DNA of 55,138 nucleotides, the filler included, from Sphacelaria rigidula (lineage: Eukaryota): assembly GCA_964200075.2 (NCBI GenBank). It is 5 parts of 5 records of this genome, joined end to end, with 100 filler letters (N's around TTAATTAATTAA, not from the genome) between each part and the next. Parts side by side here need not be neighbours in the genome. Positions count along the whole stretch, not along the records: positions 11,050 to 21,997 come from CAXNAA020005636.1; positions 22,098 to 33,044 come from CAXNAA020005637.1; 3 more parts are not named here. One strand, written 5' to 3'. The notes below the pieces were generated by a model that was not told the DNA's origin, did not search any database, and saw only the letters and a list, made by a program, of their open reading frames with translations. A program made the translations under genes and the position numbers. This document shows, in pieces, positions 11,174 through 22,474 of this stretch (the stretch's first letter is position 1; the number at the start of each line of letters is the position of its first letter).

Positions 11174-13554
11174 ATGGCCTCTTCTCGCGCCAACAAGCGC
11201 GCGAAAATTTCGTCGTCAGCTCAAGAGCCTGTAACGACGCTCGACAATACGGCATTCGATGAGAAAGACGTGGCCGAATCGAAAACGCCCACGAAAATGA
11301 CTTTCCGGTGCCCGGTCACGATCGACAACGTCTTTAGCGCGCCGACGTTCACGCAGGTCAAGGTGTTCTACGAGTCCAGGAGCAGCAAAGGGGAACCTTT
11401 TGATCACTTGCCCAAAGGCGAAAAGCTTGCCTGGACCGAGTCGTTCCACGATAACAAGACGTTGATGGGATTCATTGTGTACACTCAGCTTTTCCCCAAG
11501 CTGTTGCAGAACAGAATCAAGCTCAATGCCGCAACGTACCACTGGGCGCATCTGAACAACTCCTCGGAAAAGGGGAGGACCAAACTCGAACACCGTCGCA
11601 ACGCCGTAGACCGGCTCAAGAGAAATGGCTCCACGCGCTCGGTCTTTATGGGACTTCCGTACAGGGTGGACACTTCGGCAAACATACTGGCCTCCATGAA
11701 GATGGATGTGGAGGAAGAGGACGAGAGGTCCAGGTTTTTTACCAAGCGCGAGTTCTCCATGATTCTTTCGAAGCGGGGACAAGTCGGTAGTTCGTCTGTG
11801 TACGCCTCGTGCTCCATGGCGCTGTCCCTACTCTGGTTTGCAACGGCGGTTTTGGCCCGGCCCTGCTGCCCCGAGTCCATCATCCTACCACTCTCCGTCA
11901 CGGAAAGGCGAGCGATGGAGCAGAGATTCAAGTGCCCGCCGCAATTTTTCGACGGGCCCATCCAAAGCTTCAAACCAACTGGAAAAACGTGTTCGCCGCC
12001 ATCGACACGCATCATCGGAACATCAACTACACGATGCTCGAGAAAGCGTGCGAGCACAAGTACATATAGGGTGTGCACATTGCCGATGTCTACGCCGTGT
12101 TTCGAGCAACCATGACGGCCCCAGATGACATGAACAGCATCGCGGCTTTGGTGCGATCCTACAAACAACATTCGAAGAACGGGGTCGAATCCGGGGCTGT
12201 GGTCGGCGTCATTGATGTCATCAGGGACAAACCGGTCGAAGCCATTGGTAAAATCGACGGTGGGGTTCTAGGCAGCATCTTTTCTACCTATGGAGAGACG
12301 GCGTGCCTCAAGGTCCAAGCGGAGTGCAGCAGGCTGGAAGGAGGGTCGTCTCTGTTTGACGACAGTGTCAGCAACAAGCTAAATGAGATTTTGGCCCACT
12401 TCGATTGCGAGCTGTGGAAGGCACGGAAGAAGGACAAGGTGGAGCGGGTCGTTGCTACGAACATGGACCCCGCCGGCATGAACAAAAAGATTCAGGGAGG
12501 GAAGATGCTCGACCCCACAGACCCGAAATCAATTGATCTCATGCACACAATACTAAAGACTATCTCGGGGCAGGTTTGGAAGCCCCTCAAGAAGTTGATT
12601 GGGAAAGCGCTGGGGGCAAGCCTCGAGTACCCGGCCGCCTTCCTGCGCATTACACAGGAAGAGGGAGAACAGCTGTACAAGCACGTGCTAACTGCGGGGG
12701 TTACGTATACCGACGTGACTAACCTCTGTACACTTCTTCTCCTGAGCTTCTCGTTCCAGCGCTCGCAGGTGCTGCGAGAAGCAACCGTCGACGAGTTTGT
12801 ACTCGTGCCAGATGCGACGCACTACAAGTTTTCGTTCAAGAACAGAAGGTTCAAAACTGCATCTTCGGGAGGGACCTCATCCGCACCGCCTGTGTCACAC
12901 TTTATGCTGTCGCCAGATCAGTCCATGATCACACGGTTCATAGCTATCGTGGGACACAGGTTGTGCGGCACACTATGCTTAGACAATGAAGCCAGGAGGC
13001 TGTTTGTCAACACCAAGGGTCAGATCTGGACCCAGAAAGACATATCGTCGCGCTTCAAGAGAATTGGCATGCATTGGTTGGGCATCTCCAATTTTGGACC
13101 TCATGTCTGTCGAATCTTTTGGTCCACGCATGCCCTTCACTCTGGACAAATCAGTGGCTCGAATTTGGACGACTTCAGTAGCTTTCTACAAGTTTCGAAC
13201 TCCACTCTAAGAAACAGCTACATGGCGGCATCAGCGAATACCGCCGCGCACACCGTGGGCAACGAAGTGTTGGGGGCGGTAGTGAACTCCGCTTGCACGG
13301 GAGAAACGACAGAGAAGGGCGCGCGGCCGTACGGGAAGAAACTGAGCGCTAGGAGGCTTGAGTTTGCGGGAGAGATTCGAGCCTCTCTCGCGAAGTACAG
13401 TGGTAATGGTAGACTGCTGTTTCGTGCTCTTTTGCAGAAGAGGGACGCTTCGCAGCTTGTAGAGGGAGAGAAATGGTTCCGTTGGGAGAATACGTTTTTC
13501 AGTCGGAGTGATGAATGGCTGTTTCAGCGGTTTGTGGATAAGGTGAACGCTTAA
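11174..13554 (+). pseudogene. Tyrosine recombinase/integrase with long N-terminal region (~790 aa reconstructed), with one frameshift and one premature stop
   Basis: C-terminal motifs in the canonical order: LLLLSFSFQ-R-SQ (R 12760), RRF-K-T (12853), RLFVN, GP-H-VC-R (13102-13113), TLRNS-Y (13219). ORF 11174 shifts at ~11960 into the 11809 frame, which is in frame with ORF 12073 across a TAG at 12067-12069. No introns evident. Confidence 0.8.
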
Positions 13555-14413
13555 TTATATTTATGGAACCTTCCAGTGTAGCAAAGCCCCGCCTTTCGGG
13601 GCGAGTGTCAAAAACTTATATTTTACAGCGAGAGTTGGATGGGTGGCAGGGAGGAGTTACTGCTGCTGTAGCTCGCGTGGTTCGACCGTGCACAAGGCAG
13701 AAGTGGGGTTGTGCAGGTGTTGATGCACAGCTGTTCCTCACACATCTATTTTCAGTCATTTTTCTATCCGGTAGGAGCGTCTCAAAAGCTTCACAAACGT
13801 AAAGCACGCGTAGAGCACTTGCATCGTTCGCGCATGACAACTTATCACCCTTCTTTCCTGATGCTGCCACCGCTGCGGAATACGATCACGCACGCACTCA
13901 CCTCAATTCTGCACGCAGCTCACCTCTCATATTGGTTTCCAGATTCCATGAAGGCCTGAGTCATAGCCACAGCGAAAGGACCATCCCCACCAACCGACCC
14001 TGCACTCTATCCCTCCCTCCCTCCCTCTCTTTTCCCCCAACGCAATCGAGATGGCGCGCCCGATGGCTCCCTCAACGGCCCGGTGGGCGTATACACGCAG
14101 TGTTGGCGAAGCGACACCCACCGTGCTACATCGATCGCTCGCAGGCTGCCACGTATGAAGAGGATAGCCAGTCGGTCGAAGGTGCTTTCGGCGGCTTTGT
14201 CTAAGTGCGTGGTGTAGAATTGGAGAAAAGCGAAAGTGCACGTTGTATTAAAAAAATAAACTAAATGAAAGCACCATTTCTCCCCACCCCTTCACGTCTC
14301 ACTGACAGGTACAACAGCAAGCGAGACGGCGCGTTCCTCAGGTATGAGAAGGAGACTCTGCCCGAAGTGATCCCTCGCAGAAGGGTTCAAGTGGACACTC
14401 GCTCACGATAATT

Positions 14414-14520
14414 TGGTTTGCCAGATCCATGTGGCAAAATTTCGTTTCGCCAGACCAATGTAGCACATGTTGGTTTGCCAGATAAAGTTGGCAAACACTT
14501 GGTTTGGCAGATCCATGTCG
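14414..14520. repeat. Four tandem ~29-bp units, each an inverted repeat TTTGCCA-N8-TGGCAAA (two perfect, two degenerate)
   Basis: tttgcca-gatccatg-tggcaaa (14417-14438) and gtttgcca-gataaagt-tggcaaac (14473-14496). Spacers start at 14424, 14453, 14481 and 14510. Confidence 0.85.
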
Positions 14521-14552
14521 CGTGTAACTTTTATTGGGTTCGAACAAAATGC

Positions 14553-15090
14553 ATGGCACCACCGAAGGCCGGGAAGAAGAGCGTGCCGACATGGAGAAAG
14601 GTCATCGGGCTGTAGAAGGAGGAGCACATGCTCCCCAACATCGAGAGCAGTGTCTACTGGGAGTGTTCCCCGCCCTTCAACGGTGGCGATAGCCCCTTCC
14701 GATCTAAGACCAAGATCGCTGCACGCGAGCTGCCCGCAAGCACACAGGCGTCACGGACACCGTTCGCGGAACACCTCCGGCTCGCTCGGGGACGCCCTGT
14801 CAGCTTCCCGAGCAGCACGACGCTACCAACAATACTGGTCATCCCACCCGACACAGCGGAAAACGTTTTCGCATCCTGGCAACTTTTTCAGACACTCTAC
14901 GCTCGGCGAGAGGAAGGCGCTATGGAAAAAGGTTGCGATAGATCTAAAGAAGTTGGCGAAAGGAGACAAGGTGTACGTTAGCACGCACGGCAGCGGCGTG
15001 CACGGGGTGCGCGTACGACTGTCGATGTGGCTTGAAATATGTGTTGCGCGCTTGATAACTGACTCTTTTCATCTTGTTGGGTTTGATTAA
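14553..15090 (+). pseudogene. DUF6940-like protein of the kind seen in giant viruses and bacteria, disrupted
   Basis: Reconstructed MAPPKAGKKSVPTWRKVIGL*KEEHMLPNIESSVYWECSP...TPFAEHL...VSFPS...TILVIP/..FSHPGNFFRH...LWKKVA...VYVSTHGSGVHGVRVRLS. This matches the remembered family pattern (PFxEH, VSFPN, ILVVP, LWxxV, STHGLGVxxLHVR). TAG at 14613-14615 and a frameshift at ~14855. Confidence 0.65.
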
Positions 15091-15096
15091 GGCACG

Positions 15097-16342
15097 ATGA
15101 CGTCTAAGGTGGTTCGGAAAGATTGTAAGGACAACATCATTGATGCCAAGGGTGACATTCGAAGTAAATGGGATGGTGTACCAATTGAACCATCTTTCAA
15201 CGACGAAGGGTACCTTGTGTGCAGGCTCACAACAGACGAAGCGCCATCCGAGTGCTCACTCCTCCGACCGAAACTCCAAACATTCTACAAGACTCGGGAT
15301 GAAACGCGCACGACTGCTTGGTGCTCCGAGTTCGATGCCAGGCGCGTCATGCTTTTGACGCTGGCACACTCTGAAAATGAGAAAGACGAGATATACACGC
15401 CCGATCTTCAAAGGATGGCGAGCGCCTTGGGAAAAAAGGCTTGTGAGACGGAGTTCATCGTGATGGGGTACGAGCACGAAAACATCAAAATGGCAATCAA
15501 GATGAAGTCACAGATCCCTGTCGAAAGAATCGTCAAGAAGATTTTCGCTGTTTTCAACGGCTATTCCGAAGAGATAACGTTCGACGGCGAGGACAAACGT
15601 ACACATTTGGAAAAGGCGGCGAGCATCGTCGCCCCTATGCAACCCAGAGATGTGGACCCGAAGCCCCTAGTTTTCGGGGACGAGACCTTAGAAGATCTGC
15701 TGCGCAGGATCGACAACGCAAGGAGGGGACAGGGGGCTTCTAGGAACGTCCCGGTGAAGTGGTTCCCCGATGACATGGATGACGAGGAACGTCATAAGAG
15801 GGAACGGGAATTTATCGACGACCTTGTGGGAGCAGATGGATCTTGGGCTGCAGTCATGAAATCTCCGAAGAACCAGAAAATGGGACGGAAAAACCTTGGG
15901 TTTATGAGGGGACACTTTGACTTCTTTTCTCGCGAAGCACCGTCAGATGTTTTCAGCGAAGAAGCCATCGAGGATGTCTCGAACGGGGAATACGAGGACG
16001 TAGTTGATGTTGTCGTGAACGGTAAGCTAGAACACCACGGCACCATGGGGTGCACGCAGGACAAGTACGACCACTTGCTTGAAGCCCATTTTCACGCGAA
16101 GAGGAGAGACAAAAAAAGATCCGAAGAGTCGTCCATGAATCACATGAGGCACAAGGCCTTGATGACCGGCAGGTGTAATTTAAGGAAGATGAGCGATAAA
16201 GACATTCTGGAGTTTTTTCGAGGAGAAAAGTGTGCTCGTGCTGGAGGAGTGCGGAAAGCCGCGGAGCCGTCGATGCGAAACTCGGTGTGGGCTTCCCGGC
16301 GCCTGTGACAATTCTGCGGTTGTTCCCTGTTTCACAGTGTGA
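15097..16342 (+). CDS. Intronless hypothetical protein (403 aa to 16308, or a Cys-rich end to 16342 if the T6 run at 16213-16218 is frameshifted)
   Basis: Long ORF with protein-like composition, starting 6 bp after the upstream ORF. The alternative frame after the T run reads EEKSVLVLEECGKPRSRRCETRCGLPGACDNSAVVPCFTV*. Confidence 0.7.
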
Positions 16343-19300
16343 CAGGATCGATATCACCTTGATCACAAGTTGGTTCATCTCAGGCCGAACATTTGGCTAC
16401 TTGTCATACTTCTCGTGTACTAGATCCTAATATATGGAAACAACATAGATGCAGGTGGTGAAGTCCCTTTACTACGACCGCCACCATCAAGGCAAAATAA
16501 ACATTGTCCTTCGTCTTACGGTTTTCTCAAAAGCAGCGCGCTGTCTTTGAAATGCAGAAGCGCTCCAGTCTGGAGCAGTTCTAGTTTTCTCTTTTGTACG
16601 GGAAAGAGGTACGTAGCATACCATTCAAGGTGGTGTTTGTTCTTTCTGAGATATGTATATATATGGGAGGTACACGCTTGAATAGTCGAACCCTCCCGTA
16701 ACGGGCATGCTACGGAACGTTTCTTTATGAACAAAAAGACAAAAACAGCAAGCTGTTCGCGACATATCCGGCGAACTTGCCACATCCACAATGAGGTTGG
16801 ATCCAACAACCAGCTCCCCGGAATCCTGCAGAGTGTCTTGACAGAATCGATGTCACCTTGATCACGAGTGGGTTAATCTCAGGCCCAATGTTTGGCTACT
16901 TGACATGCGTCAGGTGTACTAGATCACACCCTGATACACGTTTCAACTGAGCACAGAAAATGCTGTACCCAATGTATGGAAACAACATAGATATGGGCGG
17001 TGAAGTCCCTTTACTACGACCACCACCATCAAGGCCAAAGGAAGACGACTCTTCGTGTTACGGGTTTCTCAAAAGCAGCGGGCTGTCTTCGGAACGCAAA
17101 AGTGCTCCATTCTGGAGCAGTTCTGGTTTTCTCCTTCGTACAGGAAAGAGGTACGTAGCATACCATTCAGGGTGGTAGTCGTTGTTTTTCGAAGTAGGCA
17201 AATACATATAGAAGGGAAACGCTTGAGGTGTCGAACCCTCCCGTAACGGGCATTCCATGAAACATTTCTTTATGAACAAAAAGACATGAACAGCAAGCTG
17301 TTCGCGACGCATCCGGCGAACTCGCCTCATCCACAATGAGGTTGGATCTAATAACCAGCTCTCCGGAATCCTGCAGAGTGTCTTGGCATAATCGATGTTA
17401 CCTTATTCACGAGTGGGTTCATCTCAGGTCCAATGTTTGGCTACTCGTCATACGTCAGGTGTACTAGATCACACCCTGATACACGTTTCAATTGAGCACA
17501 GAAAATGCTGTACCCAATGTATGGAAACAACATAGATGCGGGTGGTGAGTCCCTTTACTACGACCGCCACCGTGAAGGACAAGGGAACATGGTCCTTCGT
17601 CTTACGGTTTTCTAAAAAGAACCGTGCTGTCTTTAGAACGCAAAAGTGCTTCAGTCCGGAGCAGTTCTAGTTTTCTCTTTCGTACAGGAAAGAGGTACGT
17701 AGCATACTATTCAAGGTGGTGTTTGTTTTTCCGAGATTGGTATATATACGGGAGGTAAACGCTTGTATTGTCAAACCATCCCTTTACGGGCATGCTATGG
17801 AACGTTTCGACAAGCACAAAATGACATGAACAGCAAGCTGTTCGCGACGCATCCGGCGAACTTGCCTTATCCAACACGAGGTTGGATCCAACAACCAGCT
17901 CTCCGGAATCCTGCAGAGTGTCTTGACAGGATCGATGTTACCTTGATCACAAGTTGGTTCATCTCAGGCCCAATGTTTGGTTACTTGACATACGTCAGGT
18001 GTACTAGATCACACGCTGATGCATGTTTCAATTCGACACAGAAAATGCTGTACCCAATATATGGAAACAACATAGATGCGGGTGGTGAGGTCCCTTTACC
18101 ACGATCACCACCGTGAAGGACAAGGGAACATCTAATAGCTTTGTCAAAAACCGAGCTGTGTTTGGAACGCAAAAGTGCTCCAGTCTGGAGCAGTTCTGGT
18201 TTTCTCTTTCGTACAGGAAAGAGGTACGTAGCATACCATTCAGGGTGGTAGTCGTTGTTTTGTAGTTAGGTATACATATAGACGGTAAACGCTTGAATAG
18301 TCGAACCCTCCCGTAACGGGCATACTACGGCACGTTTCTTTATGAACAAAAAGACGAAAAGAGCAAGCTGTTCGCGACGCATCCGGCGAACTTGCCTCAT
18401 CCAAAATGAGGTTGGATCCAACAACCAGCTCTCCGGAATCCTACAGAGTGTCTTGGCATAATCGATGTCACCTTGTTCACGAGTGGGTTCATCTCAGGTC
18501 CAGTGTTTGGCTACTTGACATATGTCACGTGTACTAGATCACACCCTGATGCATGTTTTGATTCGACACAGAAAATGCTGTACCCAGTGTATGGAAACAA
18601 CATAGATACGGGTGTTGAGGTCCCTATACGACGACCACCACCATCGAGGCCGAAGGAAGACGACTCTTCGTGTTACAGTTTTCTCAAAAGCAGCGAGCTG
18701 TCTCTGGAACGCGAAAGTGCTCCAGTCTGGAGCAGTTCTAGTTTTCTCTTTTGTACAGAAAAAAGGTACGTAGCATACCATTCATGGTGGTAGTCGTTGT
18801 TTTGTAGTTAGGTATACATATAGAAGGTAAACGCTTGAATAGTCGAACCCTCCCGTAACGGGCATACTACGGAACGTTTCTTCAAGCACAGAAAGACAAA
18901 TACAGTAAGCTGTTCGCGACGCATCCGGCGAACTTGCCTCATCCAAAATGAGGTTGGATCCAACAACCAGCTCTCCGGAATCCTGCAGAGTGTCTTGGCA
19001 TAGTCGATGTCACCTTATTCACGAGTGGGTTCATCTCAGGTCTAATGTTTGGCTACTCGTCGTACGTCAGGTGTACTAGATCACACCCTGATGCACGTTT
19101 TGATTCGACACAGAGAATGCTGTACCCAATGTATGGAAACAACATAGATGCGGGTGGTGAGGTCCCTTTACTACCACCACCACCATCAAGGCCAAAGGAA
19201 CACGGTCTATCGTGTTACGGTTTCCTCTAAATGTCTCTGGAACGCAGGAGCGCTCCAGTCTGGAGCAGTTTTAGTTTTCTCTTTTCTACAGGAAAGAGGT

Positions 19301-20484
19301 ACGTAGCATACCATTCAGGGTGATGGTCGTTGTTTTTCGAATTAGGTATACATATGGGAGGTACACGCTTGAATTGTCGAACCCTCCCGTAACGGGGATG
19401 CTATGAAACGTTTCGACAAGCACAAAAAGACAAAAACAGCAAGCTGTTCGCGACGCATTCGGCGAACTTGCCTCATCCAACACGAGGTTGGATCCAACAA
19501 CCAGCACGCCGGAATCCTGCAGAGTTTCTTAACAGAATCGATGTCACCTTGATCACAAGTTGGTTCATCTCAAGCCCAATGTTTGACTACTTGACATGCG
19601 TCAGGTGTACTAGATCACACCCTGATACACGTTTCAATTGAGCACAGAAAATGCTGTACCCAATGTATGGAAACAACATAGATGCGGGTGGTGAGTCCCT
19701 TTACTACGACCACCACCGTGAAGGACAAGGGAACATGGTCCTTCGCCATACGGTTTCCTCTAAAGCAGCGAGCTGTCTTTGGAACGCACAAGTGCTTCAG
19801 TCAAGAGTAGTTCTGGTTTTCTCTTTCGTACCGGAAAAAGGTACGTAGCATACTATTCAAGGTGGTGTTTGTTCTTTCTGAGATAGGTATACATATGGGA
19901 GGTAAACGCTTGAATAGTCGAACCCTCCCTTTACGGGCATGCCATGGAACGTCTTTTTATGAAAAAGAAGATCAAAACAGCAAGCTGTTCGTGACGCATC
20001 CAGCGAACTTGCCTCATCCAAAATGAGGTTGGATCCAAAAACCAGCTCCCCGGACTCCTTCAGAATGTCTTGAAAGAATCGATGTCACCTTGATCACAAG
20101 TTGGTTCATTTCAGGTCCAATATTGGGTACAGACTCGTCATACGTCAGGTGTACGAGATCACACCCTAGTACATTTTTTTACACGAGACAGAAAATGCTG
20201 TACCCAGTGTATGGAAACAACATAGATACGGGTGGTAAAGTCCCTTTACTACGACCACCACCGTGAAGGACAAGGGAACATGGATCTTTATTTTACGGTT
20301 TTCTCAAAAGTAGTGAATTGTCTTTGGAACCCAGAAGTGCTTCGGTCTGGAGCAAATCTGGGTGTCTGATTTTAGAGAAAGACGCACGTAGCATACCATT
20401 CAAGGTGGTGTATATTGTTTTTGAATAAGGCATAAATATGGGAGGTAAAACCGTGAACGATCCAACACCCCCTTAACTGCATTC
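16340..20484 (+). repeat. Tandem satellite array, ~540-bp unit, ~7.7 copies
   Basis: Anchor GTTGGATC at 16796, 17341, 17881, 18411, 18953, 19487 and 20028 (spacings 545, 540, 530, 542, 534, 541). Confidence 0.95.
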
Positions 20485-21935
20485 TATGGTCGTGGTCGTA
20501 GCTGAGGGAATTCACCACCCGTATCTATACTGTTTACATACATTGGGTAGAGTACTTTCAATGTCGAATCAAAACGTGTATTCGGGTGTGATCTAGTACA
20601 CCAGACGCATGACCAGTAGCCAAATACTGGATCTGAGATGACCCAACTTGTGATCAAGGTGACATTGATTCTGTCAAGACACTGTAAGGGATTCCGCAGA
20701 GCTGGTTTCAAAGACAACTCGCTGCTTTAGAGAAAATCGAAAGACGTAGGCCCATGTTCCCTTGTCCTTCATGGTGGTGGTCGTAGTTGAGGGACTGTAC
20801 CACCTGTATCTAAGTTGCTTCCATACATTGGGTACAGCGTTTTCTGTCTCGTATCAAATGTGTATTAGGGTGTGATCTAGTTCACCAGACGCATGACAAG
20901 CAGTCGAATGCTGGACCTGAGATGAACCAACTTGTGATCAAGGTGACATCGATTCTGTCAAGACATTCTGAACCGGATAGCTGGTTTCAAAGCTCGCTGC
21001 TGTTGAGTAATGCCGAGATAGCCCCCCCACAAAATGTGCACCGGAGACCATCCGACAAACCGGCTGCGATCCCACTATCAGGCTCAGTTCCAGCTATTTC
21101 GCCCACATGAGAGGCGTGTAGCAGTCCGAAATCGGCTATGACGCCCAAACGAGCTGCGTCGTGCAGCACGAAACCAGCTCTAACAGCATTTATTATCATC
21201 GCCCCCGTGCACGTTTTTGGCCGGTTCGGGGGGGGGCTATCTCGGCAGCAGTCTGTTGAGAAAACTGGAAGACCAAGAATCGTGTTCCCTTGTCCTGCAT
21301 GGTGGTGGTCGTAGTAAAGGGACTTCACCACTCGTATCTATATTGTTTCCATATATTGGGTACAGCAATTTCTGTGTCGTATCAAAAAATGTACTAGGGT
21401 GTGATCTAGCACATCAGACGCACGACAAGTAGCCAAATACTGGACCTGAGATGAACCAAATTGCGACCAAGGTGACATCGATTCTGTCAAGACATTCTGA
21501 GGGATCCCGGACAGCTAGTTTTTGGATCCAACCTCACTGTGGATGAGGCAAGTTCGCCGTATACGTCGCGAACAGCGTGCTGTTTTTGTCCTTTTGTTCA
21601 GAAAGAAACGTTCCATAGCATGCCCGTTAAGGGCGTGTCCGATCGTTCAAGCCTTTGCCTCCCATTATGATACCCAACTCAATAACTATGAACACCACCT
21701 TGAATGGTATGCTACGGCCTCTTTTCTGTACAAAAGAGGAACCAGAACTGCTCCAGGCTGAAGCACTTGTATGTTCCAAAGACAGTTCACTGCTTTTGAG
21801 AAAACCAAAAGGTAAAGGAACATGTTCCGTTGTCCCACACGGTGGTGGTCGTAGTACAGGGACTTTACCACCCGTATCTATATTGTTTTTATACATTGGG
21901 TACAGTATTTTCTGTCTCGTATCAAAACGGGGTAT
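20485..21935 (-). repeat. Inverted copies of the same satellite, including shortened ~280-bp derivative units
   Basis: Reverse-complement motifs (gggtgtgatctagtacac, caaggtgacatcgattctgtcaagaca) recur. The same deletion join gctggtttcaaag appears at ~20701 and ~20980. Confidence 0.92.
21008..21252. mobile_element. MITE inserted in the satellite
   Basis: TIR TGCCGAGATAGCCCCCCC / GGGGGGGCTATCTCGGCA, flanked by direct repeat CTGTTGAG (21000-21007, 21253-21260). TSD is 6-8 bp depending on where the end is placed. Confidence 0.85.
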
Positions 21936-21997
21936 TAACAGGGTTGCCAGAAAAATGAGAAGGTATTTTGAAATGAGAATCAACCGCTCCCCGGGAT

Positions 21998-22097
21998 NNN
22001 NNNNNNNNNNNNNNNNNNNNNNNNNNNNNNNNNNNNNNNNNTTAATTAATTAANNNNNNNNNNNNNNNNNNNNNNNNNNNNNNNNNNNNNNNNNNNN
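21998..22097. other. Artificial contig spacer
   Basis: N44-TTAATTAATTAA-N44. Confidence 0.98.
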
Positions 22098-22474
22098 GGG
22101 CGAGGAGCTTCCTCTCTGTCATTGCTTCTCTCTCTGGTGATATCGTCATCGACACGCGTGTACACCGCATTCGTTGGGTGCACCTAGCCAGAACCGCTTA
22201 ATTGCTGTGGAGTTTGGGGGAGGAAGATACTTTCGCTCTGTGTTACGGTTTCGTGTTTTCCACCTACGAGAAAGAAATGCCACTTCAACCCTATTTGTTA
22301 GATGAACTTTATTTTTCAGGATCCGCTGTTCCCTGTCAATTCAGCCCTAATTCGCTCAATTTTGAGTGCATAGACGATGTTTGTTTGGAAATGTGGAGCG
22401 GATGTTTAGTATCTCATCCCCAAACTTCGGGATCAAGTGTTCACTGGGGTGGGCGGGGGCACGCGGGAAAAGTA

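Noticed and set aside
14414-14520. CRISPR or TIGR-like mini-array
   Set aside because: Variable parts are only ~8 bp and related to each other, and no cas/tas-like gene was recognised.
16796-17340. Many 6-bp restriction-site palindromes per unit
   Set aside because: About ten seen versus roughly eight expected by chance in 540 bp.
16340-21935. Satellite as a repeat-protein gene (many similar short ORFs)
   Set aside because: Unit lengths are mostly not multiples of 3, stops recur in the frames examined on both strands, and substitutions are not mainly synonymous.
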